IMG/VR virus record: IMGVR_UViG_3300010397_000047
Location: 1 to 64,000 of that record
Strand: one strand, 5' to 3'
DNA length: 64,000 bases
DNA from: a virus
Of this stretch, positions 8,926 through 17,963 are shown piece after piece; positions within the stretch are counted from its first letter, which is position 1; the number at the start of each line of letters is the position of its first letter. Under the pieces are notes generated by a model. That model was not told the origin of the DNA. It worked only from the letters and a program-made list of their open reading frames with translations, and ran no database searches. A program made the translations under genes and the position numbers.

Positions 8926-9407
8926 TTGTAAGTCTCTACGGTTAGGCGGTAGGTCGTAAGAACCTCCTTGGAGGGAGGTAGCTGTAAGTCTAGCTTCTTC
9001 CGAAGCCCCGCGCGGTCTAACTGACTTAGCTTGTCGAACCTAGCCGGTTTCTTCTCCCGTTGATTTTGGACCCTTATCATTGCCTCTATCTGCTTCTCCG
9101 TAAGCCCCCGGCCTAGGCTAATCCAGTAGAGGAGGTTCGGGTTGTAAGACTGCCAATCGTCTAAATGTCCGATCCACAGGTGGCACTTCTCGCAGAGCGT
9201 ATAGAGGTTCCGCTCGTCTAGCTCTAGGTCGGGACGGCCTAGCTGAACTACGATATGGAACGGCCACTTGTGGTGTACGTTAAGTTCGACGGCTGGGCTA
9301 GTCCGTAGGCAAGCCAGGCAGTAGCCCTGAACCTTTACGTGCGCACGTTGTCGTTCGTCCCAGAAAGGGGAGCGGGGGAAGCTCGAAATTAGCGGAAAAG
9401 GAATCAC
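8922..9407 (-). CDS. HNH endonuclease
   Basis: CLACL...LNVHHKWPFH...NLYTLCEKCHLWIGH shows the CxxC...HH...N...CxxCH arrangement of HNH nucleases. Confidence 0.65.
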   Translation of the reverse strand: MIPFPLISSFPRSPFWDERQRAHVKVQGYCLACLRTSPAVELNVHHKWPFHIVVQLGRPDLELDERNLYTLCEKCHLWIGHLDDWQSYNPNLLYWISLGRGLTEKQIEAMIRVQNQREKKPARFDKLSQLDRAGLRKKLDLQLPPSKEVLTTYRLTVETYK

Positions 9408-9847
9408 TTCTCGAAAGCCTCCACGACGGCATCGAGGGCTGCCGTATTCGCCCGGAGCCGGAAGAAGTTCGTATCCCCGCTCGTCCCCGTGCCGGTCCCT
9501 GGGAAGTAATACTCTAGCAGGTTCCTACTGAACTTCAGGACGTAGGACTCTCCCGGCCCTACCTCTCCGAGCGGGTAGAACCTATTCGTGTTCGCGTCGT
9601 AGATGCCGTACTCGTAGTAGTTCGTAGAATCTAGGTTGCCTAAGCGGACGAAGCCCGGCGTGGTTAGCTCCCCGAAGCTAATGTTAGTGCCCGTCGTTAA
9701 GACCCGGACGGCCCCCGGCACCGGTCCCTTCGTACCGGTTACGGTAGCGTTGAAGGAGCTAGGGCGACTTTGATAGTCGATCCGCACGGTAGTCCCGCTC
9801 GTCTTACGGATCGTTAGGCTGCTACGGATTGAGGCTTCGTTAGCCAT
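9404..9847 (-). CDS. hypothetical virion (tail-tip) protein
   Basis: 147-aa ORF, translationally coupled within the tail module. Confidence 0.3.
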   Translation of the reverse strand: MANEASIRSSLTIRKTSGTTVRIDYQSRPSSFNATVTGTKGPVPGAVRVLTTGTNISFGELTTPGFVRLGNLDSTNYYEYGIYDANTNRFYPLGEVGPGESYVLKFSRNLLEYYFPGTGTGTSGDTNFFRLRANTAALDAVVEAFEK

Positions 9848-9858
9848 GGGTCGGTTCC

Positions 9859-11199
9859 TTAGAAGGAGAGCGGGATGCCCAGCATTAGAAAGTCGCTCTC
9901 CGAGTAATACTCAACGTGTATCTCCCCTTCGTTCGTAGGAGCACAAGCGTCACTCGTTCCGGTCCCGGAGAAATCGTACACTGGGAATATAACGTAGTCC
10001 CCCGGAGCATAGGTCACGAACGGGGAGTAGTAGTCCTGGTTATTGATCCCTACCGGTAACTGATCCCAGTTCGTAGAGCTACTGGGGGCCTCCGACGTAT
10101 TGCGAGACCAGGCCACGTAGAGGATTCCGTCGAACGTAACTACGTCCCCGCGTTCGTAGGTCTCCAGGTCGTTCCAGGCCTGTACTTGCGGAGGGATACT
10201 CCCGGCCAAGGCCCAAAAGTCCTCGTCTTGCGGATCGGTCCCTAGCGTAGCTTCGTCTCCGACTCGAATGTAATACTGAGGGGCTTCGGTTTGCGATCCG
10301 CTAGGCCAGTCTACGCAGACCCCTGCCGGTAGCCCTTCGCCGTTAAGGATGACCTTACAGTTCTCCCCCTTCTTGTCCTTGAACCTATCGAAGTGGGAGG
10401 GGTTCGCCGGGTCCGGGTCTTCTCCGTCTATCTCGTCGAGCACCCAATGGCCGTCGTTACCCCAGTGGCCGTGGAGCACCTTCCCGCCTTCGTCGAGAAT
10501 GTCCCGGTCGAAGGTATTGATATCGATGTCGAAGGTTAGCTTACGGTTGTAGTAGATATAGCAGGAGCCGTAAAACCTTCGCTCCCAAGGAGCTTCCGAG
10601 AGAAGGATAGTCCGCGCCGGAAGCCCCCATAGCGGGAAGGCGTTAACAGTGTTCATCATTATCGACGGAAGGATATACCCTTGATACGGGGTAGCTACGT
10701 TCTGCTCGATAACGACTCTTCCCCGGTTCTTGCTGAACTCGACCTGCGGCCCTCGTATCTGCTCGTGAGAGGACGTAAGGATAGGGAAGCCGAAGCGGTC
10801 CTCGGTAGCCTCTTCGTTGTAGTTCACGAAGGAGCCGTTAATCTTCGGGGGTTCGAGGAGCGGGTCTTCGATCTTCGTATCGTTGCATCGCTGCTTATCC
10901 GGGGGGAGGGGCTTCGAGCTAGCGTAGCAGGTCACGTCGAAATACTTATCGGCCCCGTCGGATATAACCGGCTTGGCTGTCCGCTTCTCCGTAAAGAACG
11001 CGGAGGAGTCTACGTCGGAGTCGATAGACCAAATGCTCCCGGCTTCGGGGAGACCTTCGCATTGCATAGCTAGGGCGGGGCCGTCCGTCGTCTCGCCCTT
11101 GACGCGGTAGACGACTTCGTAGTTGCGGTGTCCTTCGTCGTCCGTAGACCCGCTCCAGCTACGATGCGCTGCGTCTTGTCCTTCTATCTGAAAGCTCAT
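9859..11199 (-). CDS. tail-tip/baseplate protein with CBM5/12-like carbohydrate-binding motif
   Basis: Directly follows the tape measure gene. AWNDLETYERGDVVTFDGILYVAWSRNTSEAPSSSTNW fits the W..Y..GD.V.y.G.lY.a.W....P....W pattern of CBM5/12. Confidence 0.45.
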   Translation of the reverse strand: MSFQIEGQDAAHRSWSGSTDDEGHRNYEVVYRVKGETTDGPALAMQCEGLPEAGSIWSIDSDVDSSAFFTEKRTAKPVISDGADKYFDVTCYASSKPLPPDKQRCNDTKIEDPLLEPPKINGSFVNYNEEATEDRFGFPILTSSHEQIRGPQVEFSKNRGRVVIEQNVATPYQGYILPSIMMNTVNAFPLWGLPARTILLSEAPWERRFYGSCYIYYNRKLTFDIDINTFDRDILDEGGKVLHGHWGNDGHWVLDEIDGEDPDPANPSHFDRFKDKKGENCKVILNGEGLPAGVCVDWPSGSQTEAPQYYIRVGDEATLGTDPQDEDFWALAGSIPPQVQAWNDLETYERGDVVTFDGILYVAWSRNTSEAPSSSTNWDQLPVGINNQDYYSPFVTYAPGDYVIFPVYDFSGTGTSDACAPTNEGEIHVEYYSESDFLMLGIPLSF

Positions 11200-13430
11200 A
11201 AGTCGGCTCCGACTACTTGAATCGGCGGACGGTCGATAAGGATTCGTAGGGCATCCCTAATTTCCGTGAGCCTCGTTACGACCGTGGCCTGGCTATCCGA
11301 GCTACTGGAGCCGGAGCTAGTCCGGGCCTCCGCCGCGCTAGGTAAGGCCCCGGACGAAGCCGGAGAAGCTAAGGCCCTCGCTGCGTTAGCCGCTTGTTGC
11401 TGTGCCCTGCTATTCCCTGCGTCGATCTTGTCTCGATACGCTGCGATTCGGGTAAGGGCTTCGGCGGAGCGAGCGGCTACGGCTTCGAACTTCTCCAGCC
11501 CCTTCTCGGCTCCCTTCGAGAAGCCTCCGCCAATCTCCTCTCCGGCCTTCTCTGCTTCCCGTACTGACTCTTCGGTCCCTAGCGGTCCTAGGCGGGAAAG
11601 GCGGAACTCCTCCCAGGTCTGCTGAAGGTCGTCTCGCATTGCCTCCCATTCGGCCCGTAGAGCACGTTCGGTCTCCCCCATTTCTCTCCGGGGGATTTCG
11701 GGAAGGCTACGGATCGAGGAGCGGAAGCCTTCCGTGAGAGGAGTCCACATCCCTTCCGTGTTTAAGGTTATCCCTTGCCGTGGGTCCCGCATGAACCTGA
11801 CTAGCGCGTCTCCTAGCCCGCGAAAGATGTTCTTCGCGTTCTCGGCGATGTTCTTGAATACCGTCCCGGCGAAGTCGTGCATCGTGATAAAGATTTCCGC
11901 CCAGTTCTCCCCGACCCAACTCAGGATAGCTCCGATTACGGCGGGGAAGTGCTTAATCTCCTCGACCATTACGACCCAGCCGAGCTTAATCGAGACCCAG
12001 GCGAAGTTAGCAATCTTGTCGAAGTTCTTGATCGCGAACTCTGCCATAGTGATCGACAAGGCGATAGCGTCCGCGATATCGTCCCAGGTCGAAGTCGTCT
12101 CCCCGAAGATACTGGTCCACACGGAGGTTACTAGGTCGAGGACGAAGCCGAAGAGGGCCTTCATTCCTTCCCACCAGGTATACGCTACTTCCTTAATCGC
12201 GTCCCAGGCTATTACCGCCGCTTTCTTTAGCCCGTCCCAGGCAGTAATCATGAACGAGATAGCGGCAGCGATAATAGGCTGGGCCCAGTTCCAAAAGGCC
12301 CCTACCTTCGTCTTTATGAAGTCCCAGGCTACGAGCGCAGCAGCTTGTACGGTCTTCCAGGTCGATACGAGGTACTGCCAGATTATCAGCCCTACTTGCT
12401 TTAGGACGGAGATATAGGGCTTGGCGGTTTCTACAAGAGCCTTCCAAGCCTCCGAGACTCCGCCTAACTGATTCACCCAGTAGGCTATCGCGACTCCGCC
12501 CGCTACAATAGCGCCGATCAGTAACCCGACCCCACCGAACATAGTGTTAAAGATCGTACCGGCGAGGAGGATAAGCGGAGGTAGCGCGGCCATAGCGGCT
12601 ACGAGACCTACGACGACGGCAATAAGGAGCTTTCCTTCCTTCGGCATTTCCCGTAGCCAGCTTACTAAGTCCTTGAAGATCGTCGCTAGCGGGGCTGCGG
12701 CTTCGTCGATGACTTGACCGATATCGCCGAGGAGACCTTTCCAGGCTCTTCCCGCTCGCTCTAGCTCCGCGTTATTCGTAGACCCTAGCTCAATAGCGGT
12801 AGACCAGCCCGTGTTAACTAGCTGATTCGCCTTCGCCATTAGCTCCTGCTCGTCCGTAATCCCGCGTAGCTGCGGAATCATACGAGCCATGTGCTTCATC
12901 ATTTCCGTATTGCCTTGGCTCATTGCGACGGTAAAGCGTAGGTACTGCTCCGCGTTCCCGTCGTTTACCGCCCCGAAGGCAATAGCCCGCCTCGTAGCCT
13001 CCTGTGCTTGCCTCCCGGTTAGTCCGAAGGTCTCCGCTTGCCGTAGGAGAGCCATCGTGTCGCCGGTCGAAGCGTTCGTTTGAGAAGAGATAGACTGAGC
13101 GAATTCTAGGTACTGCTGAGAGAGGGCGTCTACCTCCCGCCCGTTCGAACGGAGGGTAGACGACATCTGGATAATCGACTTCTCTCGCTTATCCCAAATC
13201 TCTCCCGCATCGGAAAGGAACTTACTAGCCCCTAGCGCAGCCAGCCCCGATACGGCGGACCCGACGAAGCCCTGGATACTCCCGGACATTCCTTCGATCT
13301 GCTTCGTAGCTTCGGCGATATGCTGAGCCGTAGCCGTTGAACCAGTCTGCGCCTCCTTTAGCATGCTAGCGTAGGAGGAGCCGTCACCTACTAGCCGGAT
13401 TATCAGCCGTTCTAGTTCGGTCTCGTTCAT
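11196..13430 (-). CDS. tail tape measure protein
   Basis: 744 aa, helical, with central hydrophobic Gly/Ala-rich segments (LLIAVVVGLVAAMAALPPLILLAGTIF...). Lies immediately downstream of the G/GT chaperone pair. Confidence 0.75.
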   Translation of the reverse strand: MNETELERLIIRLVGDGSSYASMLKEAQTGSTATAQHIAEATKQIEGMSGSIQGFVGSAVSGLAALGASKFLSDAGEIWDKREKSIIQMSSTLRSNGREVDALSQQYLEFAQSISSQTNASTGDTMALLRQAETFGLTGRQAQEATRRAIAFGAVNDGNAEQYLRFTVAMSQGNTEMMKHMARMIPQLRGITDEQELMAKANQLVNTGWSTAIELGSTNNAELERAGRAWKGLLGDIGQVIDEAAAPLATIFKDLVSWLREMPKEGKLLIAVVVGLVAAMAALPPLILLAGTIFNTMFGGVGLLIGAIVAGGVAIAYWVNQLGGVSEAWKALVETAKPYISVLKQVGLIIWQYLVSTWKTVQAAALVAWDFIKTKVGAFWNWAQPIIAAAISFMITAWDGLKKAAVIAWDAIKEVAYTWWEGMKALFGFVLDLVTSVWTSIFGETTSTWDDIADAIALSITMAEFAIKNFDKIANFAWVSIKLGWVVMVEEIKHFPAVIGAILSWVGENWAEIFITMHDFAGTVFKNIAENAKNIFRGLGDALVRFMRDPRQGITLNTEGMWTPLTEGFRSSIRSLPEIPRREMGETERALRAEWEAMRDDLQQTWEEFRLSRLGPLGTEESVREAEKAGEEIGGGFSKGAEKGLEKFEAVAARSAEALTRIAAYRDKIDAGNSRAQQQAANAARALASPASSGALPSAAEARTSSGSSSSDSQATVVTRLTEIRDALRILIDRPPIQVVGADL

Positions 13431-14274
13431 CCTTCGACTCTCTCCGGGGCCTTCACCGGGTTCCCGTCTCTATCGACGTAGTGGATAATCGTGGGGCCGC
13501 TGATTCGGCTAGAGGCTAAGGAAGTCCCGCGCCCCTTCTTCTTTTGCTTCGCCCTCCGCTTCGGGTTGTCGTAGCGGAGCTTAAAGTCCTGAAGCCCTAC
13601 CTGGTCTGGGTGCTTATGAAGAACCCGGCGTACCTCTAGGGCTATCTGCATTAGATAGCTCTGGGTCTTATCCGGGTTGTTAAGGTCTTCCGTAGACCAA
13701 TCCGCTAGGGCTACCGCCTGACGATGAGTTAGCGGCCCCTCCCAGCCTAGGACTTGAGAGAGAGGGAGCCGGAAGTCTCGGACGAGGCGGAATTGCTCGC
13801 CGTAGACGAGGAGGACTTTTTTGCGGTCTCGTCCTCCAATAGCTTCGCCCGCTCCTTTTGAAGCTCGGCTATCTGCTTGTCGATAGCCTCTACCGTGCGA
13901 TCTTCCTTTAGCCCGCTGATCTTTTGAGCTAGCTCGAAGATCGGCTTCACGATACGGACAGAGGGCCAGAGGCGGATAACCGACTCCGGGACGGGCCTGC
14001 GCCGGACTTCTCCCGCGTTCTTATAGACCTCGAAGAGGCAGTTGGCGACTAGGTAAGGCTCCGCGTCCGCCATCTTCTCGATAGACGTGGGCTTCATGTT
14101 CTCGTTGAACTTCGTGGCGGCCATAAGGAGGTTACGGTATCCGACCACTACTCCCTCGGTAGCTTCGACTAGGACGAACTCTTTCACAATGTCTCTCCCC
14201 TCCTCGTCCTTCGTCTCAATCGAAACGGAGGCTTCGATAGGGGAGAGATTTACGAGCCGTAGAGCCAATTCCAT
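13427..14274 (-). CDS. tail assembly chaperone, -1 frameshift fusion product (GT-like)
   Basis: The -1 frame is open from the slippery site through the 74-aa track ORF 13427..13651. Predicted junction: ...ETAKK|VLLVYGEQFRLVRDFRLPLSQVLGWEGPLTHRQAVALADWSTEDLNNPDKTQSYLMQIALEV... Confidence 0.6.
13747..14274 (-). CDS. tail assembly chaperone (G-like, zero-frame product)
   Basis: Sits between the tail tube and tape measure genes. Contains an A_AAA_AAG slippery site near its 3' end. Confidence 0.7.
   Translation of the reverse strand: MELALRLVNLSPIEASVSIETKDEEGRDIVKEFVLVEATEGVVVGYRNLLMAATKFNENMKPTSIEKMADAEPYLVANCLFEVYKNAGEVRRRPVPESVIRLWPSVRIVKPIFELAQKISGLKEDRTVEAIDKQIAELQKERAKLLEDETAKKSSSSTASNSASSETSGSLSLKS
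13816..13822 (-). other. -1 programmed ribosomal frameshift slippery heptamer A_AAA_AAG
   Basis: Plus strand 13816-13822 is ctttttt, which is AAAAAAG on the coding strand. Zero-frame codons are GCA AAA AAG (A K K), phase checked against the stop at 13747-13749. Confidence 0.65.
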
Positions 14275-14339
14275 GGGTTGCTAGTCCTTTGAGTAAGAGA
14301 GTGAGTAAGGGTTAATAGCGAGCCGTACTACGGAGCCTC

Positions 14340-14822
14340 TTATGTACCGACGACCTCCGTGAGAACGGCTTCGGCTTCGACGCGATTGACCGGGTCGTAG
14401 TTGGTCTGGACGATAGTGAGCGTAGCTTCCGGGAAGCCCCCGTCAACCGACATTTCGCCTAACTCGGCTTTCTGAAGATAGCCGTAGTAGCAATACGTCG
14501 ATCCGTCCGGGAACGTCTCCGTGATCGTGTCCTCCGCGTTGATAAGGGTCCGGCGAGCTTGGTCCTTGAACTTCGCGTCGAACCCGCACTTCACCGTCGC
14601 TTCGCCCGGAGTGTAGAGAGTCCTCGGCGCGAAGACGCGGGTACGGTTGTTGTGCATCGTCGTGATGTCGATCTTCTCACCGCCGTCGATAGACGCGGGC
14701 GTCACGGCCTTTTCCCAGAAGCTAGCCGCTGGGAGCCGAGCGAAGGTGATAAGACACTTGAACCCCTCCGGGATGATTACCCCGCTAGGAGTCGTTCGAG
14801 CAGTAGGGGTAGGGGCCGCCAT
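14340..14822 (-). CDS. major tail tube protein
   Basis: 160-aa ORF immediately upstream of the G/GT chaperone pair, with a strong RBS (GGAGGAAC). No sheath gene is present. Confidence 0.6.
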   Translation of the reverse strand: MAAPTPTARTTPSGVIIPEGFKCLITFARLPAASFWEKAVTPASIDGGEKIDITTMHNNRTRVFAPRTLYTPGEATVKCGFDAKFKDQARRTLINAEDTITETFPDGSTYCYYGYLQKAELGEMSVDGGFPEATLTIVQTNYDPVNRVEAEAVLTEVVGT

Positions 14823-14837
14823 AGAAGTTCCTCCGGG

Positions 14838-15308
14838 TTAGGCCGTGCGTCTAATCGAGGCTACGGCGTTTATCGTAAACAGCTTACGGGCGCTAGTCGG
14901 TTCCTTGCCTAGGACCAGGACGTTCCCTAGGCCGGAAACGCTCCATATCAAGTAGTGATAGTGCGTAGTCCCTATTGTCAGGGCCACGTTCTCTAGGTAG
15001 ACCGACTCTGCTAGGTACTGACGAATCTCGTTTGCCTTACGCCAGCCGGTAGCGTGATCGGTAGCTCGTACTCGCACCTGAAACCCGTGAGCCTCGAATA
15101 CCTCTCCGTCGAACTGGGCCCGCCCGCTACTACGGCCCGGCGTGTCGTAGATCGTTACGCAGTTGTCCGGGGCTGCGGGTTCGGCGGAGACGTAATTGGG
15201 CCAGGCTTCTCCGTCTCCTGGCTCTGACGTCTTACCGTTAGCTACGAGGAGAGCTTGGAGTATATCAGCCGGGGAGTGCTGGAATACTAGGCTCATACGT
15301 CTCCCCAC
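14838..15308 (-). CDS. tail terminator / head-tail joining protein
   Basis: Position between the HK97 gp10-like gene and the tube gene, and size of 156 aa. Confidence 0.35.
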   Translation of the reverse strand: MGRRMSLVFQHSPADILQALLVANGKTSEPGDGEAWPNYVSAEPAAPDNCVTIYDTPGRSSGRAQFDGEVFEAHGFQVRVRATDHATGWRKANEIRQYLAESVYLENVALTIGTTHYHYLIWSVSGLGNVLVLGKEPTSARKLFTINAVASIRRTA

Positions 15309-15490
15309 ATCGTCCGCTGTTTCTTCTTAACTGGCTGCGTAGCCTTCGCGACGGCTTCCGCTAGGGCTTCGGGGTTCGACTCCTTCTTCTCCTCGGGCAC
15401 GGGTAAGGGGCGTAGGGCGCGGGAGACGGTAAGGATAAAGGCCAGCCCGGTAACGATCCCCCAGAAGAAGCCGTGTAGGAACTCGAACAT
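15293..15490 (-). CDS. small single-pass membrane protein
   Basis: FFWGIVTGLAFILTV hydrophobic helix followed by a charged C-terminus. Confidence 0.3.
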   Translation of the reverse strand: MFEFLHGFFWGIVTGLAFILTVSRALRPLPVPEEKKESNPEALAEAVAKATQPVKKKQRTMWGDV

Positions 15491-15494
15491 AGGG

Positions 15495-15845
15495 CTATTT
15501 CTCCATCCTCGTAAAGGCGCTGTTCTTTAAGGCCCCCGTATCGACCGGTACGAGCTTTTGGCTCTCCCGCTGGAGCCTTAGCCCGGCTAGAAGGAGGGCC
15601 ATGCCTAGGCTCTTCCCCTTTGCTAGAGCCTGCTTAACGATACTCGCTAGCTCCTTCCCTAGAGTACGGGCGGGTTGCTCTAAGAACTTCGCTTGCCCGA
15701 CCTTATGGGTAGCCTCTAGGTTTTCGTGTACATAGAGAGCGTAAGCCTGCGTAAAGCCGACGACGACGGAGACTCCTTCGCTAGCCTCCTTCTCCCGCGC
15801 CTTTAGCTCCGCCTTTAGGCTCTCCAGTCCTTCGATCCTAGCCAC
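15495..15845 (-). CDS. HK97 gp10-family head-tail adaptor
   Basis: C-terminal LVPVDTGALKNS matches the vP.dTG.L+.S signature of the HK97 gp10 family. Confidence 0.6.
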   Translation of the reverse strand: MARIEGLESLKAELKAREKEASEGVSVVVGFTQAYALYVHENLEATHKVGQAKFLEQPARTLGKELASIVKQALAKGKSLGMALLLAGLRLQRESQKLVPVDTGALKNSAFTRMEK

Positions 15846-15847
15846 GG

Positions 15848-16243
15848 CTAACTTCCTTCGTTACGCGGAGTGTCCTTATAGAACACCAGGCCCACGGTCC
15901 TCCGTTCGAACCGGTTCTTTAGGTCCGTGCCGTACTTCGACACTCGGACCTCCATTACAAAGTCGTCTCCGAAAGCAGAGCCGGTTCCGTACCAATCGGC
16001 TAACGCTCCGAGCCACATTCGGCTTCCGAGATAGATGTCTCGGTCTACTACGGCGGTAGCGTCTACGCTTACCGGGTCTCCTTGCGAATTAGTCATCTGG
16101 GTCTCGGTCCAGACCCACCGTACTAGAATTTCTACCGGATCGGCTACGTTAACTTCCCCGTACCGATCTACCGCCGCGTCCCCGTCTACGGCGTTCCAAA
16201 GGACCGCTTTTTGATACCGGTCTTTCTTCTCTAGGGCCGGCAT
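15848..16243 (-). CDS. head closure / head-tail joining protein
   Basis: Size and position in the connector module. Confidence 0.4.
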   Translation of the reverse strand: MPALEKKDRYQKAVLWNAVDGDAAVDRYGEVNVADPVEILVRWVWTETQMTNSQGDPVSVDATAVVDRDIYLGSRMWLGALADWYGTGSAFGDDFVMEVRVSKYGTDLKNRFERRTVGLVFYKDTPRNEGS

Positions 16244-16259
16244 TTAAGACTCCGTTAAA

Positions 16260-16291
16260 ACATTTCCTAGCGGCCCCTAGACATTTCCTAG
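16260..16291 (-). repeat. two direct copies of 11-mer ACATTTCCTAG (plus strand) spaced 21 bp
   Basis: Copies at 16260..16270 and 16281..16291, inside the 60-bp gap upstream of 15848..16243. Reads CTAGGAAATGT on the coding strand. Confidence 0.6.
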
Positions 16292-16303
16292 GCAACGCCC
16301 GGC

Positions 16304-16741
16304 CTACCTTCGGTCCTCGTAGTCGATCTGGCTAGAGGGGTTCTTTCCTAGCCACGACCCCCCGGCCCTCTTCCGCTCTTTCCCGCCGATAGCGTCTAAG
16401 CAGCCGGAGGGGTCTAGGCGCATCGCGTGCTGCCCGTATAACGTAGACTCGAAGTACATAGCCGTCTGCCCTGCGAAGCTCCCGCTAGCGTCTACGGTAG
16501 AGCGGGAGGTATAGGGCTTATCGGAGACCGCGTAGAAGTGCGCAGCGAGCCATCGTTCGATTAGCTCTAGCTTCGCAGCCGTTAGGGTCTTCCCCTTCGC
16601 CGTAGCACACTCTACTACGTCGTCTACGATAGAGGAAGCGGTCTCGATAAACGGGTCTAGGTCCGGGTTATCTCCGCTTAGGCGCGGCCCGTAGTCGTCC
16701 ATCAGGACTTTAGCAACGGCAGTAGCGTTCGTTCGAGACAT
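16304..16741 (-). CDS. head-tail connector protein
   Basis: 145-aa ORF, the first gene of the connector module after the capsid/exported module. Confidence 0.4.
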   Translation of the reverse strand: MSRTNATAVAKVLMDDYGPRLSGDNPDLDPFIETASSIVDDVVECATAKGKTLTAAKLELIERWLAAHFYAVSDKPYTSRSTVDASGSFAGQTAMYFESTLYGQHAMRLDPSGCLDAIGGKERKRAGGSWLGKNPSSQIDYEDRR

Positions 16742-16859
16742 CCCGTACTTTCGTCTAGGAAGAAACCCCTGCCCCTTCTAACAGCCCTCTGAAAGCTCAC
16801 TCTACCTCTCGCGGGGTTAGCGGAGCCGGCATCCGGTTATCGGAGGCAGGGAGTAGGGC

Positions 16860-17042
16860 CTACGACTTCGGCAACATGCCCTTCGTCGCCATGTGGTCCT
16901 TCACGCCCCCGACGTTTTCCAGAGTCGGGTTGTTGAGCAGACCTTCGAGAATCGACACGATCATGTCGTCGATAGGCGTGGGCGTCTTCGCCGCAGCCAG
17001 CTTGAGTAGGGGCAGGATACCCCGTAGTACGGTCAGGATCAT
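16860..17042 (-). CDS. small hypothetical protein (hydrophobic N-terminus)
   Basis: 60-aa ORF with AGAGG upstream of the start. Confidence 0.25.
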   Translation of the reverse strand: MILTVLRGILPLLKLAAAKTPTPIDDMIVSILEGLLNNPTLENVGGVKDHMATKGMLPKS

Positions 17043-17060
17043 AGGGAGACCTCTTTCTAG

Positions 17061-17282
17061 CTAAAGTATCTCTACCGAGTCGTAGGGTATATCGAGTACC
17101 CTCTTACCGTCGCTCAGTAGAAGTTCGAACATTTCCTTACCCCGGAGTACGAATGCGGTAGGAACTCCCGACCGCATTTCGCCCTCTAGGAACCCCACCC
17201 GCTCCTTCGTGTCATCCGTGTCTAGTATCCAGAGCGAGCGGGGCTTCTTAAACCGGATCGTAATCGCCTTGCGCTGGGTCAT
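17061..17282 (-). CDS. hypothetical protein
   Basis: 73-aa ORF co-oriented with its neighbours. Confidence 0.25.
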   Translation of the reverse strand: MTQRKAITIRFKKPRSLWILDTDDTKERVGFLEGEMRSGVPTAFVLRGKEMFELLLSDGKRVLDIPYDSVEIL

Positions 17283-17333
17283 CGGACCCTCCCGGAGGCG
17301 AAGGACGCTAACTGCGCCCGGCTCTTATTAGCG

Positions 17334-17963
17334 TCAAGAAGAGCAGGCTCGTCCTCCGCCTCCGCCTCCTCCGCCGAACGACGGCATCCCTCCGAACGGC
17401 ATACCGGCGAAGCCTCCGTATCCTTGATTCGCCGAAATCTGCTCCGGTAAGAACTGGAGCGGAGACGACTGAGGATAATTACGCATGCGTATTTCGTTAC
17501 GGATATCTACGTCCGTCGCGCTAACCGGGACTCCGTAGCCCAGCTTCTCAGGGCCGGGTACGACGACAATCCTAGGGGTCGTATTCCCCGCGTTCTCCTT
17601 AACACGAACCGATATTGCTCCTTCGACCGGCCTGGCTGGGATTCCGATAAAGAGCACGAGAGGCTTCCCGGTCTTCATATGAAGTTCCCAGGCTTTTCGG
17701 TACTCGTCCGAGTCCTCCCGGCTCTTCTCCGTTTCCTTTAGGGCCGTCTTAAATAGCTCGGTCGTCGAGCAATGACACACGTCGCAGCAGTCGCACTTCC
17801 CGTTCACGCACCCGCAGGAGCCGGTCGTAGCCGTCGTCTTCTTCGTCCGGTCCTGTTGGGCTAAGAGAAGCTGGGCCGTAGCCTTGGCCTTCGCGACTTC
17901 CGCCTGAGCAAACGCGGGCGACACCAGCAGGGCGAACCCGATACAGCTAAGGAGCCATCGCAT
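17334..17963 (-). CDS. secreted Cys-cluster / Gly-rich protein
   Basis: Signal peptide MRWLLSCIGFALLVSPAFA-QA. Cys cluster CGCVNGKCDCCDVCHC. C-terminal GYGGFAGMPFGGMPSFGGGGGGGG. Confidence 0.45.
   Translation of the reverse strand: MRWLLSCIGFALLVSPAFAQAEVAKAKATAQLLLAQQDRTKKTTATTGSCGCVNGKCDCCDVCHCSTTELFKTALKETEKSREDSDEYRKAWELHMKTGKPLVLFIGIPARPVEGAISVRVKENAGNTTPRIVVVPGPEKLGYGVPVSATDVDIRNEIRMRNYPQSSPLQFLPEQISANQGYGGFAGMPFGGMPSFGGGGGGGGRACSS

Noticed and set aside
11734-12417. 227-aa plus-strand ORF inside the tape measure gene, plus similar shadow ORFs at 60094..60714, 24261..25121 and 10681..11073
   Set aside because: Shadow ORFs opposite or out of frame to long genes with clear function, with no start context.
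17334-17963. Possible lipobox LLSC at residues 4-7 (o-spanin-like lipoprotein)
   Set aside because: The Cys is too close to the N-terminus for a lipoprotein signal peptide. A standard AFA-QA signal-peptidase I site fits better.
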